A stretch of 32,000 nucleotides of DNA. It comes from Acidothermus cellulolyticus 11B (lineage in GTDB: Bacteria > Actinomycetota > Actinomycetes > Acidothermales > Acidothermaceae). A program made the position numbers and the translations under genes. Below are positions 22,552 to 30,967 of the stretch, piece after piece. The notes beneath the pieces were generated by a model that worked only from the letters and a program-made list of their open reading frames with translations, was not told where the DNA came from and ran no database searches. The DNA is taken from contig NC_008578.1 in the NCBI RefSeq assembly GCF_000015025.1, forward strand, positions 1,620,001 through 1,652,000. The letters are read 5' to 3'. The stretch's first letter is position 1, and each line of letters begins with the position of its first letter.

Positions 22552-24291
22552 CTATTGGTAAGAGATCATCAATGGGGACGGCTGGTGCGCCATCGTCTGC
22601 TCCGGGCTCAGCATCGGGTGATCCTCGCGGTAGAAGTTCTTCCACCCCAAGGACACCCCAGCAGGAGCCGCGCCGACCACCGAACGCCAGGTGGCCTCCT
22701 TGTCCGGCGGGCTCCCCTGCCCGTCCATGTGAATGAGCACGGCAAGGTTGTCATAACGCACGCGCAGCGCACGCTCGTTACGAATCATGGAAAGCTGAAA
22801 TTGGTGGATGACGAACAGCTTCTGCGGCAAATGCCGGGCTGCGGTGAAACCGTCCAACCAGGCCGCCACGCTGTTGAGCACCTGCGCGTCGAGGCTCCCG
22901 ATCCGCTGCAGCGGTGCCACACCCGGGGCAAGTGCCCACTCCGGATCGACCGCTAGCCCTACGTACGGATAAGCGAGCAGCGCGGCATACCGCTGGGCCA
23001 GTCGCAGCGGATCCGCCCGACCGGGCTGCAGGTCGAGGAGGACGTACATGCCCGCCTGCTGCGCGGCTTCGACCCACGGACGCAGCTCCGCCGGGTCGGT
23101 CTCCGCGGTGAAATCCCCGTCCGCGCCGGGATTTCTCTGCGCGACAGCCGCGATGATTTCGAAGGTTGGCACGACAGGTACGTCGCTCAAGGCCTGGTAG
23201 CGTGCGGCAAGTTCCTCGGCCCGCTGCACGCTCGCCGGGAGATCCTGTGCGCCAAGGACGCCGAGGGCCGGCGTATCGGGATGACCGTAGAGCGCCACGA
23301 ACCGGCGCCCTGGGAAAATGACCTGGCCCCCGGCAGGCAGCTGCAGGCCGGTGCCCGCAACGGCAAGGCGGGAGGCGAGCAGCGCCGGAGGACCGAAATC
23401 ACCGACCGCGACGGTGTACCGCGGCTGCAGGGCATGCAGGGCGGCAATCGCGCCCGGATCCGCCCGCGGGTCGGTGCCCTGAACCTCGACAACCCGGACG
23501 CCGGCCGCTTGCGCGGTCGGCGTGACGGCGCGGGCAAGGCGGCCGTCGGAGCGGTCGACTAGAACCGCGGTATCGCGCAGGTCAGCGGTTCCCCCGGCGG
23601 CGGGCGAATGGTGCGAACCGGCGGAAGGCGATTGGCGCGAACCGGCGGCCGTCGGTTGTCCGGCGTCCGGCGGGGTGGTCATTGACCGTTCGGTCCGCGT
23701 CGCTGGCGCCGTCGGCTGCGCCTGGTCGGCCGGCGGGGTGGATGGCTCGTGATCCCCGTCACCGTTGATGCTCGGCATGTCCGCCGGAGGACCGACGATC
23801 GATATGCCGGGTGGCGGACCGGTGATTGTGCCGTAGGTGATGACCTGTCGCGTGTGGAGGTGCAGCAGCGTCGCAACCGGCGGCCCGGCGGTATCCACGA
23901 CGAGAAGCGGCGCACACTGCGCCGTCGCCGTCTGCGCGGCTTGTGCGATGTCAGCGGCGTCATCGGCGCTGAGCACAACCAGGTCTGCTGCGGAAAAGAG
24001 CACGGTAGCGAGCGCAGCGGTCGCAGCCGCCGGCGTCCGTTCGGAGATGACCGTTACCGGCGTCGTTGGGTGAGTCGGATGCGCGTGCGCCGGCGGTGCT
24101 GGTGGTGAGCTGACGTCACTGCTCGGTTGAGGCCGCGGCTGGGAGGACGGCTCGGCCGTATGGTGATCCCCGGTGCATCCGGTGAGCGCGACCGTCACCG
24201 CCAGCGTCGTCGCCAGCGGCCATCTCCGGTTCAGGATGCGCCGCCCCGCCGCCAACCGCCCGGCGACTCCACGTCGTGCCGCGGTGGCCAC
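22552..24291 (-). CDS. Putative (possibly Tat) lipoprotein with an uncharacterised C-terminal TIM-barrel-like, glycoside-hydrolase-like domain
   Basis: Lipobox TVALTGC|TG preceded by GRRILNRRWPLATTLAV. Pro-rich linkers. Two Rossmann-like segments loosely resembling CWB2. C-terminal alternating strand motifs: YVLLDLQ, GLAVDPEW, LFVIHQF, VLIHMDG, LGWKNFY and LMISYQ. Start is uncertain: GTG 24291 is given, TTG 24255 is also plausible, and the track start 24441 is unlikely because it overlaps the DUF1707 gene. Confidence 0.65.
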   Translation of the reverse strand: MATAARRGVAGRLAAGRRILNRRWPLATTLAVTVALTGCTGDHHTAEPSSQPRPQPSSDVSSPPAPPAHAHPTHPTTPVTVISERTPAAATAALATVLFSAADLVVLSADDAADIAQAAQTATAQCAPLLVVDTAGPPVATLLHLHTRQVITYGTITGPPPGISIVGPPADMPSINGDGDHEPSTPPADQAQPTAPATRTERSMTTPPDAGQPTAAGSRQSPSAGSHHSPAAGGTADLRDTAVLVDRSDGRLARAVTPTAQAAGVRVVEVQGTDPRADPGAIAALHALQPRYTVAVGDFGPPALLASRLAVAGTGLQLPAGGQVIFPGRRFVALYGHPDTPALGVLGAQDLPASVQRAEELAARYQALSDVPVVPTFEIIAAVAQRNPGADGDFTAETDPAELRPWVEAAQQAGMYVLLDLQPGRADPLRLAQRYAALLAYPYVGLAVDPEWALAPGVAPLQRIGSLDAQVLNSVAAWLDGFTAARHLPQKLFVIHQFQLSMIRNERALRVRYDNLAVLIHMDGQGSPPDKEATWRSVVGAAPAGVSLGWKNFYREDHPMLSPEQTMAHQPSPLMISYQ

Positions 24292-24665
24292 CCGCCGCTG
24301 CTGGCCCGGCGGCCTCGCCGCCGCCCGCCACCGATCACGACGAACGCACCCAGCACCACCAAGAAAGGAGCGATCCCGTGGTCGACGGCAACGAGCAGCG
24401 CAAGGGCGAGGAGAAGGCAGCACGCGACCGGGATGAGCCACGGCATGATTCGCCGCGGCCGGACCGCGGGCACCGCCGGCGGCAATTGCGGCAAGTCCGA
24501 GAACAGCGCGGTTAGATCAGCGCGCGTGCGGGCCCGCAGCGCGGCAGACAACCGCTCCTCATACTCCTCCTGAGTAAGACGGCCGTCGGCAAAATGCCGG
24601 CCCAGCAGCTCAATCGCCTGATCCCGCTCAGCATCCCCGATCCGCAGATAACCAGAATTCGCCAT
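24231..24665 (-). CDS. DUF1707 (SHOCT-like) domain membrane protein
   Basis: LRIGDAERDQAIELLGRHFADGRLTQEEYEERLSAALRARTRADLTALFSDLP is the DUF1707 signature. It is followed by two TM segments. Start is ATG at 24665; the track GTG is at 24677. Confidence 0.8.
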   Translation of the reverse strand: MANSGYLRIGDAERDQAIELLGRHFADGRLTQEEYEERLSAALRARTRADLTALFSDLPQLPPAVPAVRPRRIMPWLIPVACCLLLALALLVAVDHGIAPFLVVLGAFVVIGGGRRRGRRASSGGWPPRHDVESPGGWRRGGAS

Positions 24666-24844
24666 GACGACCTCCACGCGCCATTCTCACGGACCATGTT
24701 CGCACAGGCGCGCATCCCGCGTCACGAGCCGCAACCTCGACGCGACCGTCGGGCATGGTCCGCGCGCATCCGGCAGGAGTCCTTCGTGACGCACCAGACG
24801 AAGGTCTCTTCGCACCACAGGCGCCCTCGTTGCAACGAATCCGG

Positions 24845-25453
24845 TCAGCGCAGTTCCTTGCGCAACACGGCGAACACGAGGTCGGGACGCTTCGGAATTC
24901 CGAAACGCTCATCCCCGTAAGGAAAAGGACGTCGCTCTCCCGTCCGGCGGTAGCCGCGCCGCTCGTACCAGGCGATCAGCTCACTGCGCTGCTCGATGAC
25001 CGTCATCTCCATCGCCGTCGCATTCCACAGCGTGGCGGCTTGCCGTTCGGCCTCGGCAAGAATCCGCGTGCCCAAGCCGGTACCTTGCCGGCCGGGCCGC
25101 ACCGCGAACATTCCGAAATACACCGTGCCGTCGGCACGGACGGTCAGCTGCGCGCAACCGACGAGCCGGCCGGACGAGTCGAGCGCAAGAAGGATGCGGG
25201 ACGCCGGATCCGCCACGATGGCGGCGACCGCGTCCGCGTCGGTGCGTTGGCCGTCGAGAAGGTCCGCTTCAGTGGTCCACCCGGCGCGACTCGCGTCGCC
25301 GCGGTACGCCGATTCCACCAGCGCGACCACAGCCGGAATATCGTCCTGGGTCGCAGTGCGAAACGTGAGCGGGTCGGCGCGCCCGTCCGCCGGCGCGGAC
25401 GCCGGGGCGTCGCCGGAGGATCCGGGCGGAGGAAAGCCGGCCGCCGACGACAT
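24845..25453 (-). CDS. GNAT-family N-acetyltransferase
   Basis: Acetyl-CoA binding motif VRPGRQGTGLGTRILAEAE plus IAWYERRGY. The ATG at 25451-25453 shares one base with the TGA of the upstream xthA. Confidence 0.85.
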   Translation of the reverse strand: MSSAAGFPPPGSSGDAPASAPADGRADPLTFRTATQDDIPAVVALVESAYRGDASRAGWTTEADLLDGQRTDADAVAAIVADPASRILLALDSSGRLVGCAQLTVRADGTVYFGMFAVRPGRQGTGLGTRILAEAERQAATLWNATAMEMTVIEQRSELIAWYERRGYRRTGERRPFPYGDERFGIPKRPDLVFAVLRKELR

Positions 25454-26301
25454 CACAATGCGAAATCCACGACGATCGGCGCGTGGTCCGACGGGCCTTT
25501 GCCCTTGCGCGCCTCGCGGTCCACGTACGCATCGGTGACCTTTGCCGCAGCCGCATCGTTGGCCAACACGAGATCGATGCGCATGCCCTGATTCTTGGGA
25601 AACATGCCCGCCCGGTAATCCCAGTAGGTGAACGGATAGTCATATTTCAATGCCCGCGGAAAAATATCACGCAAGCCGAGGTCACAGATCGCCTGTAGCG
25701 CCTGGCGTTCCGCATCGGTGACGTGCGTGGAACCCACGAAGACCGCCGGATCCCAGACGTCCCGATCCGTTGGTGCAATGTTGAAGTCCCCCGCGACGAT
25801 GAACGGTCTTCCGCTGTGACGGGCAAGTTCGGCCGCGAGCGCGGTACGTAGTGCGGCCAGCCACTCCAGCTTGTACGCATAGTGCGGGCTGTCCAGGGCG
25901 CGCCCATTCGGCACGTACAGCGACCAGATCCGGACTCCGCCGCAGGTCGCCCCGATCGCCCGTGCTTCGACAACAGGTTCCGCAGCAGCAGCCGGGAGCA
26001 AGGCGTCGTCGGAATCCGGGGAAGGAGCGGCTGGAGGCGCGGCATATCCCGGTTGCCCGGGAAAACCGCGGGTGACCTCCTCCAGGCCGATCCGGGAGAG
26101 AATCGCCACGCCGTTCCAGCGGCCGTCGCCGTGCGCGGCCACCTGATATCCGCGCTCGATGATCCCCTCCGACGGAAAGGCGTCGCCGGCGCACTTGGTT
26201 TCCTGCAGGCAGACGACGTCGGGCCGGACGGTGTCGAGCCACTCGTGCAGCCGGGGCAGCCGGGCGACCACCGAGTTGACGTTCCAGGTAGCGATCCGCA
26301 C
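25453..26301 (-). CDS. xthA: Exodeoxyribonuclease III (AP endonuclease, EEP fold)
   Basis: MRIATWNVNSVVARLPRLHEWLDTVRPDVVCLQETK, GDFNIAPTDRDVW and SDHAPIVVDF are canonical ExoIII motifs. Confidence 0.92.
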   Translation of the reverse strand: MRIATWNVNSVVARLPRLHEWLDTVRPDVVCLQETKCAGDAFPSEGIIERGYQVAAHGDGRWNGVAILSRIGLEEVTRGFPGQPGYAAPPAAPSPDSDDALLPAAAAEPVVEARAIGATCGGVRIWSLYVPNGRALDSPHYAYKLEWLAALRTALAAELARHSGRPFIVAGDFNIAPTDRDVWDPAVFVGSTHVTDAERQALQAICDLGLRDIFPRALKYDYPFTYWDYRAGMFPKNQGMRIDLVLANDAAAAKVTDAYVDREARKGKGPSDHAPIVVDFAL

Positions 26302-26310
26302 GAAGCCGTT

Positions 26311-29304
26311 CTACCGCGGCGCCGGTCCGCCGTCAGCACCGGCATCGAGATCCGCAGCGCCGCCCGCGGCGGCGGAATCTGCGGTCCCCGCCGCGCCACC
26401 GTCCGCGGTCCCCGCCGCCGAATCCTCGGTCCGTGCGGCGCCATCCGCGGTCCCCGCTGCGCCGGCGAGCAGTTCGGCAAGGTGCACCGCGTGACAGTCG
26501 GCAAGGTCGGCCAGCTGCGTGCGGCAGGAGAACCCGTCGGCGACCACGACGCTGTCCGGTCGATTCGCCAGCAGAGCAAGGACGCCGAGTTCGGCGATAC
26601 GTCGTGACACGGCGTAGTGGCGCTTCTCCATGCCGAAGTTTCCGGCCATCCCGCAACAACCAGCGGCCTCGGTGAGCTGAGCGCCGGTCTGACCGAGCAG
26701 AGCCCGGTCGGCGTCGTAGCCGATGACGGCGTAGTGGTGGCAGTGCGGTTGCACGAGGAGGTGGACGCCGTCCAGCTGAGGCGGCTGCCAACGTGCCGCG
26801 AGCAGGGCCTCGGCGAGCGTTCGGGTGGCGTGGGCGATCTGCTCGGCCCGCGGATCGGCGAGCAGGTCCGGCAGGTCGGACCGGAGCGTCGCCGTGCAGG
26901 ACGGCTCGATACCGACGATGATTGCCCCTTCGGCGGCGGCTGGGTGAAGAACGTCGACGAGGCCGGCCAGCCGGCGGCGGGCTGCCCGGAGCTGACCGGT
27001 GGTGATCCACGGCAATCCACAGCACGGTTGGCGATCCGGGAGCCGGACCCGGTATCCGGCGGTAGTGAGAAGCCACGCCGCAGCGGCCGCGACGTGCGGG
27101 GCGAACGTCTGCGTGAAGGAGTCCACCCAGAGCACGGCGGTCCCGGCCTCCCCGCTGCCCGCCGGATCCCCGCTGTCGTCCAACCACGGCCGGACATCGC
27201 CGGGTCTGAACCCCCGGCGGGCCGGCAACGGCAGGGACCGGTGCGGGTCGATGCCGGCCAAGAACCGGAGCAGCGCCACCGCAGGTTCGGCACGGAGCAG
27301 CCGACGCGAGAGCGCCGGCATGCCGCGGACGAGCCGCAGCCAACTGGGCAACCGCCCGAGGGTGTAGTGACTCCGGGGCCGCAGCCGCCATCGGTAGGCC
27401 CGATACAGCACCTCCGATTTGTAGCGGGCCATGTCAACACCGGTTGGACAGTCGGATGCGCACGCCTTGCAGGACAGGCAGAGATCCAACGCATCGTGAA
27501 CGTCACCCGTGCGGAAACTGCGGGCAACCGCACGACGGCCGCCGCGGGCAGCCACCGCCAGTTCCTGAAGCACCCGCGCCCGCCCGCGCGTGGTGTCCTT
27601 CTCGTCCCGGGTGGCAAGGTACGACGGGCACATGAAAGTTCCGGAATCCCGGTAATCCGCCCGGCACTTGCCGATTCCCACGCACCGATGCACCGCCCGT
27701 GTGAAGCTTCCGGCATCGGCGGTGAAGCGAAAGCCCGTCGCGGCCGCAATATCCGCAGCGAGCGGACGGCGGAGGTCGGCGTCCAGCGGCGGCGGATGCA
27801 CGATTATTCCAGGGTTGAGAATTCCTTCGGGGTCAAAGAGCCTCTTGAAGTCGGCGAAAAGGCGCATCGCCTGTGCCGAATACATGCGAGGCAGCAAGCG
27901 ACTCCGCGCCCGGCCGTCGCCGTGCTCACCGGAGAACGAACCGCCGTACGCACAGACGATGTCGGCCGCCTCGTCAATAAAAGACCGGAATCGTTCGACG
28001 TCGCCGGCCGTGGTGAGCGGAACGTCGAGACGGGTGTGCACGCAGCCGTCGCCGAAGTGGCCGAACGGAATCGCGTCGATGCCGAACTCGTCAAGCAGCC
28101 GGGTGAAATCCCGTAAATACGGGCCTAGGTTCTCCGGCGGGACGGCGGCGTCCTCCCAACCAGGCCAGGCGCCGCCGGATCGGGCAAATCGGCCGACCAG
28201 TCCGGCGCCGTCCTCGCGAATCCGCCAGATCGCTGCGGCCTGCGCACTGTCGGTCAAAACAGCGGACGACATCGGCCGGACATCCGCAACGACTCGGCGT
28301 GCTCGTGACACCGCGTGGTCGTCGGATGCTCCCCCTACTTCAACGAGCAGCCATCCGCCGCCGTCAGGGAGCGTCGGCACCGGCCGCCCGGCACGACGGA
28401 TGACGTCAACAAGGCGCGCGGCGAGACCCTCGACCGCCAGCGGTGCGTGCCGGAGCACGATGGGCACCGCATCCGCGGCGGCGATGAGATCAGGAAATCC
28501 GAGAACGGCAAGCGCGGTATGGCGCGGGATGTCAACCACCCGCACCCGAGCACCCAGGACGAGGACAGCGCTGCCTTCGCTGCCGACCAATGCGCGGGCG
28601 AGAAATCGTCCCTTCTCCGGCAGCAGATGCTCCATCCCGTAGCCGGAGATCTGCCGGGAGAACCGCCCGAACTCGGTTCGGATGATCGCTGCATTCTCTT
28701 CGACGAGCCGGGCCAGGCCGGGGACCGGCTCCCAACCGCTCCCCACGGTGAATCGCCGCCCGGTTCCGTCGACGACATCCATCTCGATGACGTTGTCCGC
28801 AGCACGGCCGAACGCCAGCGCGTGCGAACCACAGGCGTTATTCCCGAGAGCACCACCGATCGTCGCCCGGTTGGCGGTCGCCGGGTCAGGACCGAACCGA
28901 AGACCGTGCGGTCGAAGGGCTTTTTGCAGGTCGGCAAGGATGACGCCGGGTTCAACGTACGCCGTGCGGCCGCTCGGATCGATGTCGAGGATCCGACGGA
29001 AGAACCGTGACGTGTCCAACACGATGCCCGGCCCGATCGCGTTTCCGGCGACGGACGTGCCGCCGCCGCGCATCGTGACCGGAATATGGAATCGGCGCGC
29101 GACGTCGATAGCAGCGCAGACGTCGGAAGCATCCTGCGGATACGCCACGACGGCAGGCACGACCCGGTAATTCGAGGCATCAGACGAATATTCCGCACGG
29201 CGGCGCGAGGAGGCGTCCACCGGCCCGCGCATGACGGACCGTAACGCACGAATCAGATCGCGGTGCTCCGGCGAGCCGGTCGAGGCTGCGAATCTGCCGG
29301 ACAT
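26311..29304 (-). CDS. FAD-linked oxidase fused to 4Fe-4S and CCG domains (YdiJ / GlcD-GlcF fusion type; possible D-2-hydroxyacid dehydrogenase)
   Basis: FAD_binding_4 motif (VAYPQDASDV...MRGGGTSVAGNAIG). Ferredoxin-type Cys clusters (CVGIGKC...CPSY and CLSCKACASDCP). Two CCG motifs (CCGLPW, CCGMAGNFG). Low-complexity Ala/Gly/Thr/Asp C-terminal tail. Confidence 0.9.
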   Translation of the reverse strand: MSGRFAASTGSPEHRDLIRALRSVMRGPVDASSRRRAEYSSDASNYRVVPAVVAYPQDASDVCAAIDVARRFHIPVTMRGGGTSVAGNAIGPGIVLDTSRFFRRILDIDPSGRTAYVEPGVILADLQKALRPHGLRFGPDPATANRATIGGALGNNACGSHALAFGRAADNVIEMDVVDGTGRRFTVGSGWEPVPGLARLVEENAAIIRTEFGRFSRQISGYGMEHLLPEKGRFLARALVGSEGSAVLVLGARVRVVDIPRHTALAVLGFPDLIAAADAVPIVLRHAPLAVEGLAARLVDVIRRAGRPVPTLPDGGGWLLVEVGGASDDHAVSRARRVVADVRPMSSAVLTDSAQAAAIWRIREDGAGLVGRFARSGGAWPGWEDAAVPPENLGPYLRDFTRLLDEFGIDAIPFGHFGDGCVHTRLDVPLTTAGDVERFRSFIDEAADIVCAYGGSFSGEHGDGRARSRLLPRMYSAQAMRLFADFKRLFDPEGILNPGIIVHPPPLDADLRRPLAADIAAATGFRFTADAGSFTRAVHRCVGIGKCRADYRDSGTFMCPSYLATRDEKDTTRGRARVLQELAVAARGGRRAVARSFRTGDVHDALDLCLSCKACASDCPTGVDMARYKSEVLYRAYRWRLRPRSHYTLGRLPSWLRLVRGMPALSRRLLRAEPAVALLRFLAGIDPHRSLPLPARRGFRPGDVRPWLDDSGDPAGSGEAGTAVLWVDSFTQTFAPHVAAAAAWLLTTAGYRVRLPDRQPCCGLPWITTGQLRAARRRLAGLVDVLHPAAAEGAIIVGIEPSCTATLRSDLPDLLADPRAEQIAHATRTLAEALLAARWQPPQLDGVHLLVQPHCHHYAVIGYDADRALLGQTGAQLTEAAGCCGMAGNFGMEKRHYAVSRRIAELGVLALLANRPDSVVVADGFSCRTQLADLADCHAVHLAELLAGAAGTADGAARTEDSAAGTADGGAAGTADSAAAGGAADLDAGADGGPAPR

Positions 29305-29545
29305 GCTTCGGGATTATGCCAAGGCGGCGGTGAGCGCTGCCTCGCAGTACCGCATCCGGAAACGCCGCAGCAACTGAGCACCCATGAACGGACAGCACCA
29401 GCACGGCGTGCCGTTGCGGCGCAGGCGCCGATCCGCAGGGCGGCCCGCCCGGCCCAGGTCGCGGTGCGGAACGTGCCCGGCATCGGCGTCCCGACGGCGG
29501 ACGGCGCGCCCGGGCCAGGACGTGACTGACGCCTAAGGTGACGGT

Positions 29546-30808
29546 ATGCGACACCGAGACCGCGTGACGGCGGCACCGTCTGCGGTGAGTCTTTGGCGGC
29601 ACCGGAATTTCCGGCGGCTCTGGATCGGCGAAACCGTCAGTCACTTCGGTACCCAGGTGAGCGTGGTCGCGATTCCGCTGGTGGCCGTAACGACTCTCCA
29701 CGCCGGTGCCCTTGCCGTCGGCCTGCTCAGCACGCTGGAAACCATCGCATTCGCCGTACTCGGATTACCCGCCGGAGCATGGTGCGACCGTTGGCGGCGT
29801 CGTCCCGTGCTCATCACCGCGGACGTGGGACGCGCTATCGCGCTCGCGACCGTGCCGATTGCGGCGGCCTTCCACGTGCTCACCTTCGGCCAGCTCTGCG
29901 CCGTGGTCACCGTGAGCGGCGTCCTCACCGTCTTCTTTGACGTGGATTATCAAGCATTTCTGCCAACGTTGGTCGGCCGAGACCATGTCGTGGCGGCAAA
30001 CGGCGCATTAGAGGCCAGCAGATCGGCCGCGGCGCTCGGCGGGCCGAGCCTCGGTGGTCTCCTCGCACAGCTTTTCACCGCTCCCTACGCCGTTGCCGCG
30101 GATGCAGTGAGCTTTGCCTGGTCTGCTGCGTGGATCGCGGCCATCGACGCTGCCGAGGTGCGCAAGCCCCGAGCACAGTCCTCGACAGGCCGGGAAATTC
30201 TTGACGGGCTTCGCTTCGTCTTCGGTCACCGGCTGCTCCGCATGCTGGCGGGCAGCACGGCGAGTTTCAATCTTTTCAACGGACTGACCAACGCTGTCGT
30301 CGTACTTTTCCTGGTTCGCACCGTGGGCCTTTCGGCAGGCTCGATCGGCGTCCTCTTCAGTGCCGCGGGTCTCGGTGGATTGGCCGGTGCACTCGTCGCG
30401 CATCGGCTCAACCGCTCTCTCGGTTACGCCCGGATGATTCGCGGATCCGCTGCCATCGTTGCTCTCCTCGCTCCCCTTCTCCCGCTGACCGACCGCGGAT
30501 GGCGGTTGAGCCTCTTCGTCGTGTGGTCGCTCGTCGGGTCGGCGGCGATTGCCGCATACAACATCGCCACGGTGTCGCTCCGGCAGGTGCTCTGCCCGCC
30601 TGAGCTCCTCGGCCGGATGAATGCGACCATGCGTTTCGTCGTCTGGGGAACCCTGCCGCTCGGAAGTCTGCTTGGCGGAGCGCTCGGCGCGAACCTTGGC
30701 CTTCGCGGCGCGCTCTGGGTGGCGGCGATCGGAACGCTCGGTAGTCCCGCCTGGGTTTTCGCCTCTCCCCTGCGCGCCGGCCAACCCGTCACGGAAGGGG
30801 TTTTCTAG
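29546..30808 (+). CDS. MFS transporter (EntS/MFS_3-like)
   Basis: LWRHRNFRRLWIGETVSHFGTQVSVVAIPLVAV is a typical N-terminus for this MFS subgroup. About 12 TM segments. RBS AAGGTGA upstream of ATG 29546. Confidence 0.88.
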   Translation: MRHRDRVTAAPSAVSLWRHRNFRRLWIGETVSHFGTQVSVVAIPLVAVTTLHAGALAVGLLSTLETIAFAVLGLPAGAWCDRWRRRPVLITADVGRAIALATVPIAAAFHVLTFGQLCAVVTVSGVLTVFFDVDYQAFLPTLVGRDHVVAANGALEASRSAAALGGPSLGGLLAQLFTAPYAVAADAVSFAWSAAWIAAIDAAEVRKPRAQSSTGREILDGLRFVFGHRLLRMLAGSTASFNLFNGLTNAVVVLFLVRTVGLSAGSIGVLFSAAGLGGLAGALVAHRLNRSLGYARMIRGSAAIVALLAPLLPLTDRGWRLSLFVVWSLVGSAAIAAYNIATVSLRQVLCPPELLGRMNATMRFVVWGTLPLGSLLGGALGANLGLRGALWVAAIGTLGSPAWVFASPLRAGQPVTEGVF

Positions 30809-30967
30809 GCTGGCAGACATCCGGCCGCAGCGGTGGTTTGTCCGAGCAGGGAAGGAACAACGATCAGCAGCATCGACGGCACACCCGTAGGAGAGAGACG
30901 ACCGCAAGCGGGAAATCAACGGACGGCGGTTCCCGAGGCCCCAGACAAGGACCGACAGGCCCGGTCG

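Noticed and set aside
25647-27749. Other long alternative-frame or antisense ORFs: 25647..27749(-), 26333..27391(-), 26617..28116(+), 27668..28642(+), 17771..19132(-), 19877..21229(+), 30008..31378(-), 7833..8576(+) and 21510..22499(+).
   Set aside because: All are Arg/Pro/Ala-rich with no recognisable motifs. All overlap ORFs with strong family signatures (XthA, YdiJ-like oxidase, S53 peptidase, GH63, membrane protein, MFS, AT3, LLM).
29384-29536. 50-codon plus-strand ORF (MNGQHQHGVPLRRRRRSAGRPARPRS...) ending just before the RBS of the MFS gene; possible leader peptide.
   Set aside because: It is extremely Arg-rich with no RBS seen. High GC3 is expected by chance in this genome. There is no support without ribosome profiling or conservation.
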